From: Podarcis muralis
Lineage: Eukaryota
NCBI RefSeq assembly: GCF_964188315.1
Contig: NC_135671.1
Span: 4,154,001 to 4,218,000 of the forward strand
Length of the DNA stretch: 64,000 nt
Reading direction: 5' to 3'
Positions 44,649-56,700 of this stretch are shown piece after piece. Position 1 is the first letter of the stretch. Every line of letters starts with the position of its first letter. The notes under the pieces are model-generated. The model was not told the origin of the DNA. It saw only the letters and a program-made list of their open reading frames with translations, and searched no databases. Position numbers and translations under genes: made by a program.

Positions 44649-45624
44649 TGTCAGGGACTAGACTGAGGGAGACGAGACGGAGGAGGAATGGTGAAGATTG
44701 TCCCCCTTCCTCCTGAACTTCCCAGAGAAGAGCAAGGCAGTATTGAAGCACAGCAGTGGTTTGAAGAAGGTCCCAGCTCAGAGACTGGTGAACAGAAGAG
44801 TTGGGAGGTGTTGGGAGAAGAGAAGGGGGAGCTAGAGCAGCCAGCCAGGGCCGTCTTACCCATAGGCGCTAGGGGTGCAGGGCACCCAGGTGCCGGGCTC
44901 TCAGGGGCGCCAGGTCGAGAATCTGGGGCCCAAGAGTTGAGTCTGGGGAAGAGCCCGTCCATCGGTCAGAGCACTGCATCAGGCTCTTCTGCTGCGGGTG
45001 GCTCTGTGCTGCAAGTTTGGGGGCGAGCAAGGCAGCGAGGCACTGAGGTGGCCAGCCAGCTCCACCCTCCTATGCCCCTGGGCTTGGTGTAGGGCCATGG
45101 AGAGGCCTGCCCAGTGCACGCTGCTTACACCATGAGGTGCCCGGCTTCACTCTGTTGCCAACGCCAACACCTCGGGCTGGTTTGTTGCTCTGGGCTCCTC
45201 TGCTGCTTGCATTGGTTGCCCAACCCCCTAGGCGCCTGACAACTCAGGGGAACATTTCCTAAAAAAAGGTTGCACCCCAGCACCGCATATGCTTAAGACA
45301 GCCCTGCAGCCAGCTGACATGTTATCACTGGAGAGCATTTCTGAGCCCCCTTCTCCTATAACTCAGTGTGCATCGAAAGTTGAAGAATGAAGGGCTCAGA
45401 GACAATGAGCCCCTGGTGGCCACCATAATGGGAAGTGCTGTTACTAGGAAGAGAGGGGGGAGGAGCTCAGTTGGAGCAACTCTATTTTTAGGAAGGCTGC
45501 ATTCTTTCATCGTTCTCTGTGAATTATTGAATAAATGGCTTGGTAAGAACTCTTATCGTTTCTCTTCGTTTCTCTGATTCTGGGCTGCCCCGTGGGAGGG
45601 ACTTGATTTCCCCAAAGCCTGACA
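44649..45624 (+). mobile_element. Solo LTR (~507 bp without the nested MITE)
   Basis: TGTCAGG..CCTGACA termini, AATAAA near 45530; TSD degraded. Confidence 0.75.
44846..45306. mobile_element. hAT-type MITE nested in an LTR
   Basis: TIR CAGGGCCGTCTTA / TAAGACAGCCCTG; perfect 8-bp TSD CAGCCAGC. Confidence 0.9.
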
Positions 45625-46212
45625 GTGGGTAATGATGAATCTTGCCATCTTTATGCGTATAAACACCTTTATACATTCTAAATTATTTTGCCGGAGTTAA
45701 ATACCAATCATATGCCATTTTATAAAAATTCTGTTTAAGATCATGACGTAGTGTAATTTTTAACCCTTTAGTCCGCATATGTTCCTACTGTTCCATCTCT
45801 ATATTTTAACCATTTTTTGCCCATTTAATATACATTATTTAAGTTGTTCTTGCATTTCAAATTTCAACAAATTTTAACATGTTCATCTGTGCATAGTTAT
45901 ACAGATCAAAATCTTTCTTTGTTCTATACCAGAAGTTTTTAAAATTGAACTTATATCTCTCTACTAGATGCGAAAACCACTCAAATCTATAACCTTCCAC
46001 TGTCAACTATTCCCTGGTTTTAACTTTTGATTGATTGATTGAATTTGTATACCACCCAAGTCCCACAGGTCTCAGGACGGTCACAATATAAAACCACAAA
46101 ATACATAATTTCCTGGATGCAACTGTAGTCATTCTTGCTAGGTCAACCATTTCTTTTTGCCGGTCACTTCTTTTCCATAGAGAGCTTCTTGTGGTGAAAT
46201 CCATAAAGGTGT

Positions 46213-46989
46213 TGTCAGGGGCTCAGGAGCAGAGGCGCAGGGGAGAGAGGAAATGGAGAGCGAAGGGGAGGAATCTGAGGGCAGCGGAGAGCAGAATGAC
46301 AGTGACCCGAGAGATTCCATGAGCCTCTCCAGTGAATCAGAAGATTCCCAGAAGGGGGCGCCGATGGCCAGGGCAAGGGGGGTCCCAGGGGGGACACACC
46401 AGAAGCAGGGGGCCAGCGGAGACTCCCAGAGCAGTAGCTGGAAATCAGGACCAGCTTCCCCACCGGAGCGTAGTGGTGGGGAAGAGTCCCATAGGTCAGG
46501 GCCAGTGTCTCCTCCGGCAAGCAGGGAGGAGGAGTCAGGCCCAGCTAGCGTTCCCGAAGAGGGGAGCAGTGACAGGAGCAGTATAACGGTCAGAAGGAAG
46601 GTGGCAGGCTGGGCGCGCGCGCCAAGTTCAAATGTACAGGCGAGCCGGACAGCAGGAAGCCCGGATTGGGAACCAGGTCCTAAAGCCCGCCGGAGGGAGG
46701 GGGAAGACTCGGGGGAGTCAGCGTCAGAAGAGTCTAGAAAGGGGAAAGCCCCGACGGACAGGCGGACCCAGAGGAAAAGGGAGCAGAGAAAGAGGTGGAG
46801 CAAGGCTAGGGTCTTAAACTGGTGTCTGGGGGGAGGAGACTCAGACGGAGCTTCAGCGGTCTAGCGTTTAAGACGTAGAGCTGCGCGCCGTGGCTGTAAA
46901 TGAAAAACTGGACTTCAATAAAGACTATTTAATATAGCAACGGACTGGCGTTGGTCCTCTGTGAGCTGGGACCTGAGGCAGCCCTGACA
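46213..46989 (+). mobile_element. Young solo LTR (777 bp)
   Basis: Perfect 8-bp inverted termini TGTCAGGG/CCCTGACA, perfect 5-bp TSD GGTGT, AATAAA at ~46917, many CpGs retained. Confidence 0.92.
46253..46864 (+). CDS. Hypothetical 203-aa acidic, Ser/Gly-rich protein with a basic C-terminus, encoded in LTR U3
   Basis: ATG with G at -3 and +4; frame open from LTR base 2 to TAG 46862-46864. No recognisable domain and no expression evidence. Confidence 0.35.
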   Translation: MESEGEESEGSGEQNDSDPRDSMSLSSESEDSQKGAPMARARGVPGGTHQKQGASGDSQSSSWKSGPASPPERSGGEESHRSGPVSPPASREEESGPASVPEEGSSDRSSITVRRKVAGWARAPSSNVQASRTAGSPDWEPGPKARRREGEDSGESASEESRKGKAPTDRRTQRKREQRKRWSKARVLNWCLGGGDSDGASAV

Positions 46990-47989
46990 GGTGTCTTTGG
47001 GCATAGCCTAGATTCTTAATATGGTGTGTCTAATAAAGTGATTTTTGAAATCCAAATTAGCTTGAACTTTATTGTACCACAAATAAACATGCCATGCGAA
47101 CCTTCAATCATGCCCTTCTAATTCCAAAAGTCTCTTGTTTCTCAATGTCACCCACTCCTTCAACCACACTAAACAACAAGCTGCTAAATACAATTACTAA
47201 TCAATTGTCCCCATTCCTTTGCATTTTGCAGTACTTTAAATTTAGCTCATGGTTCCACCTCCATGCCATAAAAACTTGGATAATTATTTTTGCGATTGTT
47301 TAAATGGTAAATCAGTAGCCAAGGTAGGTATTGTTTGAAACCAAAATATCATTCTAGGCTAAGCATTCTTCTTTATCACTCTACCCAGCAATGACAATTT
47401 TAGCTTCTCTCATCTTGACATATATTTTTTCATTCCAGTCCATGTCTTAACATACTGTAATTGTTTTGAAACATCATAGAATTCATAGTTGTTATAGCAA
47501 AATTCAAATATTTTACTTTTTTCAAATTGAAATCCTGTTTTTTTCATCATCTGGTGGTTAACCTTAAAGCCTGGTAACATACCAAAATCACTGAGTTTAT
47601 CCATAAGAGTATTTATTATTCCCTGTAGTGGGTTTTCCAGAACTAGCATCAAATCACCCGCAAAGGCCTGTAATTGATATTTCTTTTTAAAACTTTCCCC
47701 ATTTAATAAAGTTATCTCCAAAATTCATTTCTTGCATATCTCTAAACAAAGACATCCAGTTCACATTGTCAAAGGCTTTTTCTGCATCCAAAAGGATTAA
47801 CACAGTTTGCTTCTCATTGTGGCAGTCCAGGTACTCCCACATATTTAACACATTTATAATTTTATCTCTTAATGGTCTTTTAGGCAGAAATCCACATTGA
47901 TCATGATGAATAAAATCCTGTAAAATCTTCTTTGGTCTTTCTGATTTAATAAGTTTACCGTTTTTGTGAGGCAAGTTGTTCTAATTATT

Positions 47990-48170
47990 TGGATATTTAC
48001 AAGATGCCGCTGATACTGCCCTTTATTTATATGACCAGTGTACAGCACAATACTTCTACCTTCTGCCCAGAACAGAAAAACTTGTCAAGAGAGGAGCAAG
48101 CTATTTTCAATCGTTTATTGCGTTCAGATACAAATCACACCTAGAAAGATTGTATTATTAAACTGATATC
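47990..48170 (-). pseudogene. Orphan TAS2R promoter remnant abutting the L1
   Basis: gccctttatttatatgaccagtg..aatacttct..gctattttc..caaatcacacctagaaag matches the promoter block; no CDS downstream. Confidence 0.65.
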
Positions 48171-49404
48171 ATAAGATATACAAAGATATATAAGATATAC
48201 AAGATACACATATATATGAAAGATATACAAGGAATACACCCATTCAAAACCATCCAATTAATTAAAGAAAAGAAAAGTGATTAAAATATTATCAAACAAC
48301 TAAAATGTTAAAGCAGACATTGGTCATCCACCTCGTTTTGCTATTCCTTTAATTTTATTGTTATGGGCCACCCCAATCTCTGCTGAGCTGTAGCAAGAGA
48401 TTTCAGGGGTCTTGGCAATTAACCAGAGTTTGTGTTATCTTGGGGGTGGGGGAAGGGCACAGGGAGTCAGCAGTCTCTTATAAATATGGTTTATTCACAC
48501 ATGTTTACACCTGAAGTCTTCAATGGAAGTGGAGTTCATAGCATTAACATCTCAAGAAGGCCATGTCCTTCCCAGCATTGGATTCAGAGGCATCCAAAGC
48601 ACCACCCACATGTCTATCTGTAACGGCCTGCTCCAGCCAGCCAACATGGCAGCTGCCCTTCAGTCCCCACCTGGAGTTCTCCCCACTTCCTGATTCTTCT
48701 TCCCAGAAACCCCTGCTCTCAAAACCTCTCTTGTAAGACCCCTCTTCCTGTGGTGACATCATGCACCGATCTTACCCTGCTAACCTCCCTCTGTGTCTGG
48801 CTGAGCCTTCTGTCTGGTTGATGCCTTCCCTTGAGGGACTAATGGCTGACTATCAGCTGCATTGTTTCTTCAATGTCCCACCTTCACCAGGCTGGCCCCA
48901 TGAGAAAGTTAGCCGGTGTTATTCCTTGCTTAGTTCAGGAATCCATGAACACTGACCCTTCGCTGAATGTAGACATTATGACAAGCCCCCCCCCCCCCAT
49001 TTATAACATTATTTTAAATCTTTTTTAATAAAGAATTTCCTTAAAACTTTTTTTAATAAAGAATTTCCTTAAAACTACCAACCTAACTTCAAGGGCATAC
49101 CCAGCAGAATGGCATACCCTGCAGAATGACACAATGGGTCAAGGGAGCAATGGGTGAGTGCATCTGGCTGTTAGCCAGAAGGCTGGTGGTTCGAACCCAC
49201 CCAGGGGCAGCTGTGGCCAAGATGAGCTTCGGGGTCCCTTCCAACTCTACAATTCTAGGATTCTAGGATTCTATGTCTGCAAGGCCTTGGCAGTCATGTG
49301 CAGCAGAACTTCTGCTAAACTGTGTCCTCAGCACATGTGTGCACCTGCACACCCACAGGCAGGCAATATAGTTCTTGCAAAAGTGTTGGCGAAATTTGTA
49401 GCCT

Positions 49405-50334
49405 TTAAGATAGTGGCTTCATCCAGCATTTTAGTTGACGTAGCATCTTGAGTGATTCGTGTTTCAGTTTGGGATTAAGGAAGATGAGGATAATGGCATG
49501 GCCAGAGGAATATGCAGCAGTAACATCAGTAAACCAAATATTCATCCCAATGCCTGACATGCCCATCCAAGAGAAGTACGACTGCAAAATATCCACAAAA
49601 AAGCTAGATATGTAGAGAATGGAGAAAGAAGCTAGAGCTTTGATGGCATTCAGGTGAACTTCTGTGCTTACATCCCTTGCACTGTTTTGTAGAAGATTTT
49701 TGTGCCTCCACAAAGAAGTTAGTAGTAAAATTGATGAGAACAAAAATATCAGGAAGGGAAAGAACTCTGGAGCAACAAATAGAAGCGTGGAATACTTACA
49801 AAAGTTAAATGTCTTCATTCCTGAGTCAGTGTTATTGCTTAGAAGTGATTCAATTGTCTTGCATTCAGACATGAGTCTAATGGTCATGATTGTCTCAATG
49901 GTGGTGGTGATTGCAGAGAAGACCACTGTCCCCAGAAGCAGCCAAGGCACCAGCCCAGGGAATCTCCGCTTCATTTGCAGGAAGAGAGGGTGGGAGAAAG
50001 TGGCAATCTTTACACAGTACAAAACACTGAGCCAAGTGGCAAACCAAAGGTTAGCACAATTAACAAATAGCCACAAGGCACTGTATGCAATATGTACCTT
50101 CTTCAGAAAAGTATGTATGAAAAAGAGGAGAAAAATTGCATTCTGTATCGCGAATGCGTGAAATGCAAATCTGAACAAGCTAAGACAACTCAGGATCATG
50201 TCGGCTGGGGACAGTTTTCTGCTTCTCTGCCAGTCAATGAAGTTAACGATAGCAATAAATCCATTTCCCACCATTCCTATGAGGGTTTCAATAACCAGAA
50301 GAATGAAGCCGAACAATTCAAATAAGGTAGACAT
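49405..50334 (-). CDS. TAS2R: Bitter taste receptor, copy 10 (309 aa)
   Basis: Intact 7TM ORF from ATG 50334; C-terminus ..LKCWMKPLS. Confidence 0.95.
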   Translation of the reverse strand: MSTLFELFGFILLVIETLIGMVGNGFIAIVNFIDWQRSRKLSPADMILSCLSLFRFAFHAFAIQNAIFLLFFIHTFLKKVHIAYSALWLFVNCANLWFATWLSVLYCVKIATFSHPLFLQMKRRFPGLVPWLLLGTVVFSAITTTIETIMTIRLMSECKTIESLLSNNTDSGMKTFNFCKYSTLLFVAPEFFPFLIFLFSSILLLTSLWRHKNLLQNSARDVSTEVHLNAIKALASFSILYISSFFVDILQSYFSWMGMSGIGMNIWFTDVTAAYSSGHAIILIFLNPKLKHESLKMLRQLKCWMKPLS

Positions 50335-52073
50335 CCTTCTGAGCCTGATGTAAAAGTGTTTCTTCCAGTGTAATATTAGCACAGTCTGGTGCTTATGCCG
50401 CCTTGTATATGAGCAGTGGAGAGCAGAATACGTCAGCCTTCTTTCAAGACCAGAACAATTTGCAGGGAGAGGACCAAGCTATTTTCAGTTGTTCATTTTA
50501 CTCAGATGCAAATCACACCTGGAAAGATTCTCTTCCTAAATCTATATCATATTATCTACTGTCATATTTGCAAATTCGACAGTGGTGCTAAATATCCTCT
50601 TTGCATCTGGCTTAACAAAGAATGATAGATGATTCTTTTATGATTTCTATATTTTGATTAAAGTTTGTTCACCAAACTTTAATGTTAACATCTCAAGATT
50701 GTCCTCCTCAACATTCTATTCAGAGGCACCACCCACATGTGTAGCAGCCTGCTCCAACCAACCAGTTGCCCCTCAGTCCCCACCTGGAGTTCTCCATCAC
50801 TTCCTCATTCTTCTTTCCCAAAACCCGTGCTCTCAAAACCTCTCTTGGAAGGCAACAACCGCTCTCCCTGTGGTTACCCTAGCAACCTCCCTCTGTGCCT
50901 GGCAGAGCCTTCGGTCTGGTTGATGCCTTCCCTTGAGGGGCTAATGGCTGACCATCAGCTGCATTGTATCGTCAATGTCCCACCATCACCAGGCTGGCCC
51001 CATGAGAAAGTTAGCTGGTGTTATTCCCAGCCTTTGCTTAGTCCAGGAATCCACAAACACTGACCCTTCACTGAATGCAGATATTTTGAGGAGTTTCTCC
51101 TGCCCACCCGATTCATAACATTGTTTTCAATTACTTAAAACTACCAACAGATTGATATATTGTGACTTTAATGTCATATGAAAAATGAGGTCGTTGTATG
51201 CTCTCCACTCTCCTCACTCTGAGAGCATCGTGGATTTAGATCTGTTTGGGTAAATAAGGAAAGAAAAGCACTAGGGATTTACAATTGCTATTTGATTTGT
51301 TAAAACACACATAAAATATCCAAGCATGAGACATTTCAGAGATTCTGGTGTTTTCTTGGTTCAGTTCCTTTGGAATGAAGTCAGTGGGGGCTTGCTGGTA
51401 TTTTCCGATTTAGAAGCATACAGGTAGGAGACAGGTGAAAGCTAATCTTTAAACATTCTAACATGTCTCATATCTCTTGGCTCCCCCACCAGATTTTCAG
51501 AGACAAAGCCAGCACCACCAGCTCCTTTCAGAGATCCACTCAGTGCTCTCCTATTACTGGTAGAACATCACACAAAAAGGCTGGATCCTCCACTTTTAGC
51601 TCACTCTGTCCTTTCCCATTTCAATGCAGCTTGCTGTCCCTGAGGCACATATTTCACAGGTGAACTGACCGTTCAAGGAAATAGACACAGCCATTAAGAA
51701 ACACCAACATCTTCACAGCTCTGTTGTCTCAAACAGCAGCCAAGTCACAATTCTGTGTAAAGAGTAGGTTAATATGGATATATGAAAGCAAAACACAGAA
51801 ATGGGAAGGGAATTCCTTTGACAGAATAATTGCTGTTCCATTAAGAAAACAGAGTGAATGTGGTATCAAAAAACCCCAGAAAAGGGCACAAGCAGCAGAA
51901 AATTCTCCTGTGCAAACCTCTATACAATGGCTTGGCAGTCTTCTGCAGAGGAACATCTGCTAGACTGTCCTCAGTGCATGTGTGTCACACGCAGACAGGC
52001 AGGAAGCAATCTTCTTGCAAAAGAAGAAGCCACTTCTATACAGTCTTGGTAGAATTTGAGATGGTGGCTTCAA

Positions 52074-52997
52074 TTAGCATTTCAGTTGATGTAGCATCTT
52101 GATTGCTTCTTGTTTCAATTTGGGATTAATGAAGAGCAGGATAACGGCATGGCCAGAGGAATATGCAATAATCACATTTAAAAGGAAGAAAAGCTTCCCA
52201 ATACCTTGCATGCCCATCGCAAACAAAATTATCGACAAAATTTCGACAACAAAGCTAGCTACGTAGAGAATGCAGAAAGAAGCCAGAGCTCTGATGGCAT
52301 TCCGGTGAGCTTCGGTGCTGACATCCTTTGCACTGTTTTGTAGCAACTTTTTGTGCCGCCACAGAGAAGTGAGTAGTAAGATGGACGAGGACAAAAATAT
52401 CACGAAGGGAAATAAATTCGGAACAACATATAGAAGGAGAAGATACTTACAGGAGTTGAAAATTTCATTTTCCGAGTCACTATTATTGGTCAGAAGTGAT
52501 TCAAAAGAATTGCATTTAGAAACATTGGCTTTGGATGTACCTGTGGCAATGGTGCTGATTGCAGAGAAGACCACTGTTCCTAGAAGCAGCCAAGGCACCA
52601 GCCCAGGGAATCTCCGCTTCATTTGGAGGAAGAGAGGGTGGGAGAAGTTAGCGATTTTTACACAGTACAAGACACTGAGCCAAGTGCCAAGCCAAAGATC
52701 AGCTGTATTGATAAATAACCATGAGATGTAATATGCCACTTTTAGGTGCTTGAATTGATCAGTCTTCATGAAAAAGAGGATAGAAATTGCATACTGTATG
52801 ACAACTGCATGAAATAGAAATCTGAAGAAGCCAAGACAGCTCAGGATCCTGTCAGCTGGGGATAGTTTTCTGCTTCTAAACCAGTCAATGCAGTTAATGA
52901 TAACAATAAATCCATTTCCCACCATTCCTATGAGGGTTTCAATAACAAGAAGAACAAAGTTGAACAATTGAAATACGGTAGGCATCTTTCTGAGCAT
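52074..52997 (-). CDS. TAS2R: Bitter taste receptor, copy 11 (307 aa)
   Basis: Intact 7TM ORF with TAS2R motifs. Confidence 0.95.
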   Translation of the reverse strand: MLRKMPTVFQLFNFVLLVIETLIGMVGNGFIVIINCIDWFRSRKLSPADRILSCLGFFRFLFHAVVIQYAISILFFMKTDQFKHLKVAYYISWLFINTADLWLGTWLSVLYCVKIANFSHPLFLQMKRRFPGLVPWLLLGTVVFSAISTIATGTSKANVSKCNSFESLLTNNSDSENEIFNSCKYLLLLYVVPNLFPFVIFLSSSILLLTSLWRHKKLLQNSAKDVSTEAHRNAIRALASFCILYVASFVVEILSIILFAMGMQGIGKLFFLLNVIIAYSSGHAVILLFINPKLKQEAIKMLHQLKC

Positions 52998-53799
52998 GAA
53001 ATGAAAGTGTTTCCTCCACTGTAATGTGCAATATCTGCAAGGTCTACTCCCGCCTTCTCCCTACAACAGAAAAAACTTGGAGAGAGATGAGGGAGATAGT
53101 TTCATTTGTTGATTCTGTTCAGATGCAAATTATACCCGGTAGGACTCAAATGCTGAATCTGTAATATCTCTTATGATAATATATTTGCAATTTCTACAGA
53201 GGTGCTAAATATCATCTTTGCATCTGGCTAAATATCATCTTTGCATCTGGCTTAACAAACAAGGATATGTGAATCTTTTACGATTTGTGTATTTTGAATG
53301 ATATTTTTCCACCCGTATCAACATTTCCAATCCACCCAAAAACATACTTTTTCCTCCAAAGGTTTAGGAAGTTTACTTGGTTTCTATGTGAAGTTGTTCT
53401 AATTGGTTGAATAATTGAAGCAGGGATTTATATTTGTCAGGCCAATGGAGGAATGTTTACAATTACACTCCCTGGTAAATAGGAATTGGTGCAAGAGCCT
53501 GCTCTGTCTCACAAATAGCCAAAAACCAAATGAAACAGTGAGTGAAAAAGCAGTCCAGAGTATTTTCTTTTCTGCGCAGAAAGGACCAGCAGGGATATTT
53601 CCCCAAATTAACTGGCCATGTGCCAATAGATTCCCTACCATTTTATAAACTTAATGGAATGTTTGGAAATTGACAATGCACAAAGTTTAAATTTCCAATC
53701 CAATCAAAACACTTAGTTTCCTTCACCCCATTTCCCTTTAAGGCACTTTAAGCATATTCCATGCTGTCTCCCTATGATTGGTCCAAATTACAAACAGTA

Positions 53800-56700
53800 T
53801 GAGCATGTGTACTAAATCGTGTCCTCCCTAAAAGAGGGCATGTGTTGCAGTTAGACCTGGAGACTGACCTCCTGGTTGTGGGTGGTTATATTGGACAGCT
53901 GCAACACCCGGTTGATAGGTCCCTTGTTGCTAGGGTTTAATCTGGCCAATGGGGTGCAGTCTAAACGGATCGAGGGACCTATATATACCTATGCACGTGA
54001 CCCAGAGCTTCGTCCTTCGGCTCATGCATTGGAACAGCAAACAGCATGTCCTGTGTCCAGCCGAGAGATTCACCTGCGACGATCATCTTTTGGTGATATC
54101 TTTCTTGTTATCCCCTTCCTCCCCCCCCCCATTTGTTTAATTGTTTAGTTTTGTTTCTCCCTGGTTTTTGATCCCTTCCCCTATCCCCTCTCTTTTCCTC
54201 TGGAGGGGCTTTTGCCCCACTGGGCTTTGAGCCCCTGAGTGCTCCTCGCTAAGGGAGCTTGCCGCTTCTTGGTTATTTGCTGCCCACGGGGCTCAATTTC
54301 ACAGTGGCTTCGTTCTTAGTTTAATTTTAGTTGCGGCTGCAACTTTGGGGCTTATAGCCTTAGCGCAGCCTTGGGAATTTGGGATTGTCGCTGCCTTGGG
54401 TGGCTGCGTCCAGCTGATCGCATTGCTTTCCAAGCTTGAGAGTTCCCTCTCCTGTAAAGCAGTGATTTCTGTCTAATCATTTTGCATAGGCTGGCTGGGA
54501 TTTTCTAAGGGTGGGAATCCCCTCCCCCCCCCCCGCTGTTGGCCAGGCCACCATTTTGGGTTCCCTTCTGCATTAGGAGAGGTCCAGTGCCATCGTGTTT
54601 TGGCAGGAGCGCCTGGTAAGGAAGGGATCGAGATGTCTGTTAAACAGAATCCCAGTCCTGCTCTCCCTTCTAAGAGGGTAATTAGGGGCCCATTGCAATC
54701 CCTATGTTCAGTGCCAGCCTCCGCAGTCCCCCAGCATACGCTGGATCACTTGGGGACAATTGTTGCTAATATAGGTTCAGACCCTGCTGCCATAGCAAGG
54801 TTCAATAATGAACTCGAGATGCTGGTGCAACAATTTTGGGGGCAGCCTGAGTTGCAGTCTGGCCCTTCCACATCATCCACTTATTTTGAAGCTCATGGTC
54901 CTGCAGACGTGAGCAAGGCGAGTGAGGGTTATGACCCTTCGGGGGCCTAGCTTTCTCAGTTCCAGGATTCCAATACCACCTAGTCCTAGGGGTCGTCCTA
55001 GGAATCTGGGTGCTATGGTACAGCAGACCTTTCACTCTGGGCTGCCTTGTTTGCAGTCAGCACCCATAGGGGCCTCAATTGGCACCGCATGCGGGAGGTG
55101 GAGTCCTTGCCCAGCCAAGCACCTCACATGTTTTTAGTTCTGCGCGGGTTGGGCCGGCTCCTTTGAGGGAGGCGCTCAGTGTCTAGTCTTCAGAGGAGGA
55201 TCTCCCAGTGCCTAAAGTCCCTTAATCTGGTGGCAAACGACAGTGGAGTCGTTGCTCCAAGAGCGGGGCCAACAGGTGCAGATATGGCGATTCCACCTCA
55301 ACTAGCGGTACGTCCTCTCAGACCTCTGATGGTGACTCAGATGTGGTTCTGGGTCTGTACTGGGGTCACGGTGAAGGTGCTTCAGGCCTTCAGGCGTGGC
55401 AGTACAGAGCTAATACACACAGGGCCAGATACGGCCTTCCTTTGGAGTGTATTGATGGTCAAGGACGGCAAAGTTTTGACCAATGTAGTTAGAGATATTC
55501 CTGGTGCACACTTGCCATCTAGAATGCGTAACAGAATACTTAAGGTTGTTACGTTGACATTTTTAAGCTCCTTCCCCCTAATGAATGCCCAGATAAAGAT
55601 AAACAGGTGTCAATGGGCAGGGGTAAGGCCAGCTCTCACAAAGTGGAGAGAACCTTTGAAAAATGGCTCAATGCCTTTCAGGTATTTGCTGGGGTCTTCT
55701 CTGCGGCCTATCCTAAAAGAAGCCTGCACCTGTGGATTTATCAATCTTTGATGCGTAAGGCTTGCACATTGGCCGGAGAAGCAGCAGCTATAAGCTATGA
55801 TGAGAGCTTTAGACGTCTGGCCGCCAGGATCCCTTCTGCTCGATGGGATCAAAAGGATCTCGATGTGTGGACTACTTATGTCTCTCCTAATTTTGAGCAT
55901 AAGTCCACTGAGCAGCTGAAACTGAAGCAGGATGTTAAGAAGTCAGGGATGTGACTCTTTTGCTGGGAATACAATAAAGGGTCTTGTCAGCGTCAGGGTT
56001 GTAGGTATTCCCATGCATGCGGCAAGTGTTTTGGGGTCCACCCTGCTGCCTCATGTGGGGCTAAGCAGCCCTTTCAAGGCATGAGGAGAGGCTCCCAGCA
56101 GGAACCAAAAGGAGCCTCTCCCCAAGCATCCTGCGATGCTAAGTGATGTCTTATTGACCCTAGCTCGCACTCCCTTTAAGTTGCCTGCATTGCCTGCATG
56201 GCTGCTCAGGTATCCTGACACGTCTGCTGCCTCATATTTGTGGCTGGGATTTTCAGAGGGCTTTCATATTCCAGTGGTGTTCCTGCCCAGGGCTGGAAAA
56301 GTTGAAAATTAAAAATCAGTGAGGGAGATGCCATATATTGCTAGGAAGAAGATCAGGGAGGAACTAGCCTTGTGAAGGAAGGCTGGCCCATTTACCGTAT
56401 TTTTCGCCCTATAGGGCGCACCGGCCCATAGGATGCACTTATTTTTTTTGGGGGGGGGGGAATAAAGAAAAAAAAATATTCCCCTCTGAGCCCCAAAGAG
56501 TAAAGAAGCCATGACAGCGAGCGGGATGGATCCTGCTCGCTGTCCTGGCATCGTTTTTAGCCTCGGGGCTGGGGGTCTGGGAGCGAAGGCGAGGTTGCGC
56601 TACCTCACCATTGCTCCCAGAGCTTGTGGGGCTGGGGGCGGGGGAAGCCCGAGCTTCCCCTGTCCCCAGCCCCCAGAACAGGTCCGAGAGCTATGGCAAA

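Larger units (their letters stand above)
44090..47975 (-). mobile_element. 5'-truncated, decayed L1/Tx1 LINE (RT to 3' end) interrupted by two LTRs
   Basis: RT peptide HHDQCGFLPKR..LILLDAEKAFDNVNW (47687-47974); C-terminal peptides LWISPQEAL and EERLLKFLDLAEMAKLT on either side of the LTR insertions. Confidence 0.8.

Noticed and set aside
46138-46803. 221-aa antisense ORF over the young LTR
   Set aside because: TTG start and extends out of the LTR into unrelated L1 sequence; kept only as a caveat on stop-poor composition.
55179-55751. 190-aa ORF in the DIRS element
   Set aside because: GTG start; the recognisable gag motifs lie in the overlapping 55607 frame, so this is a frameshift fragment or an off-frame stretch.
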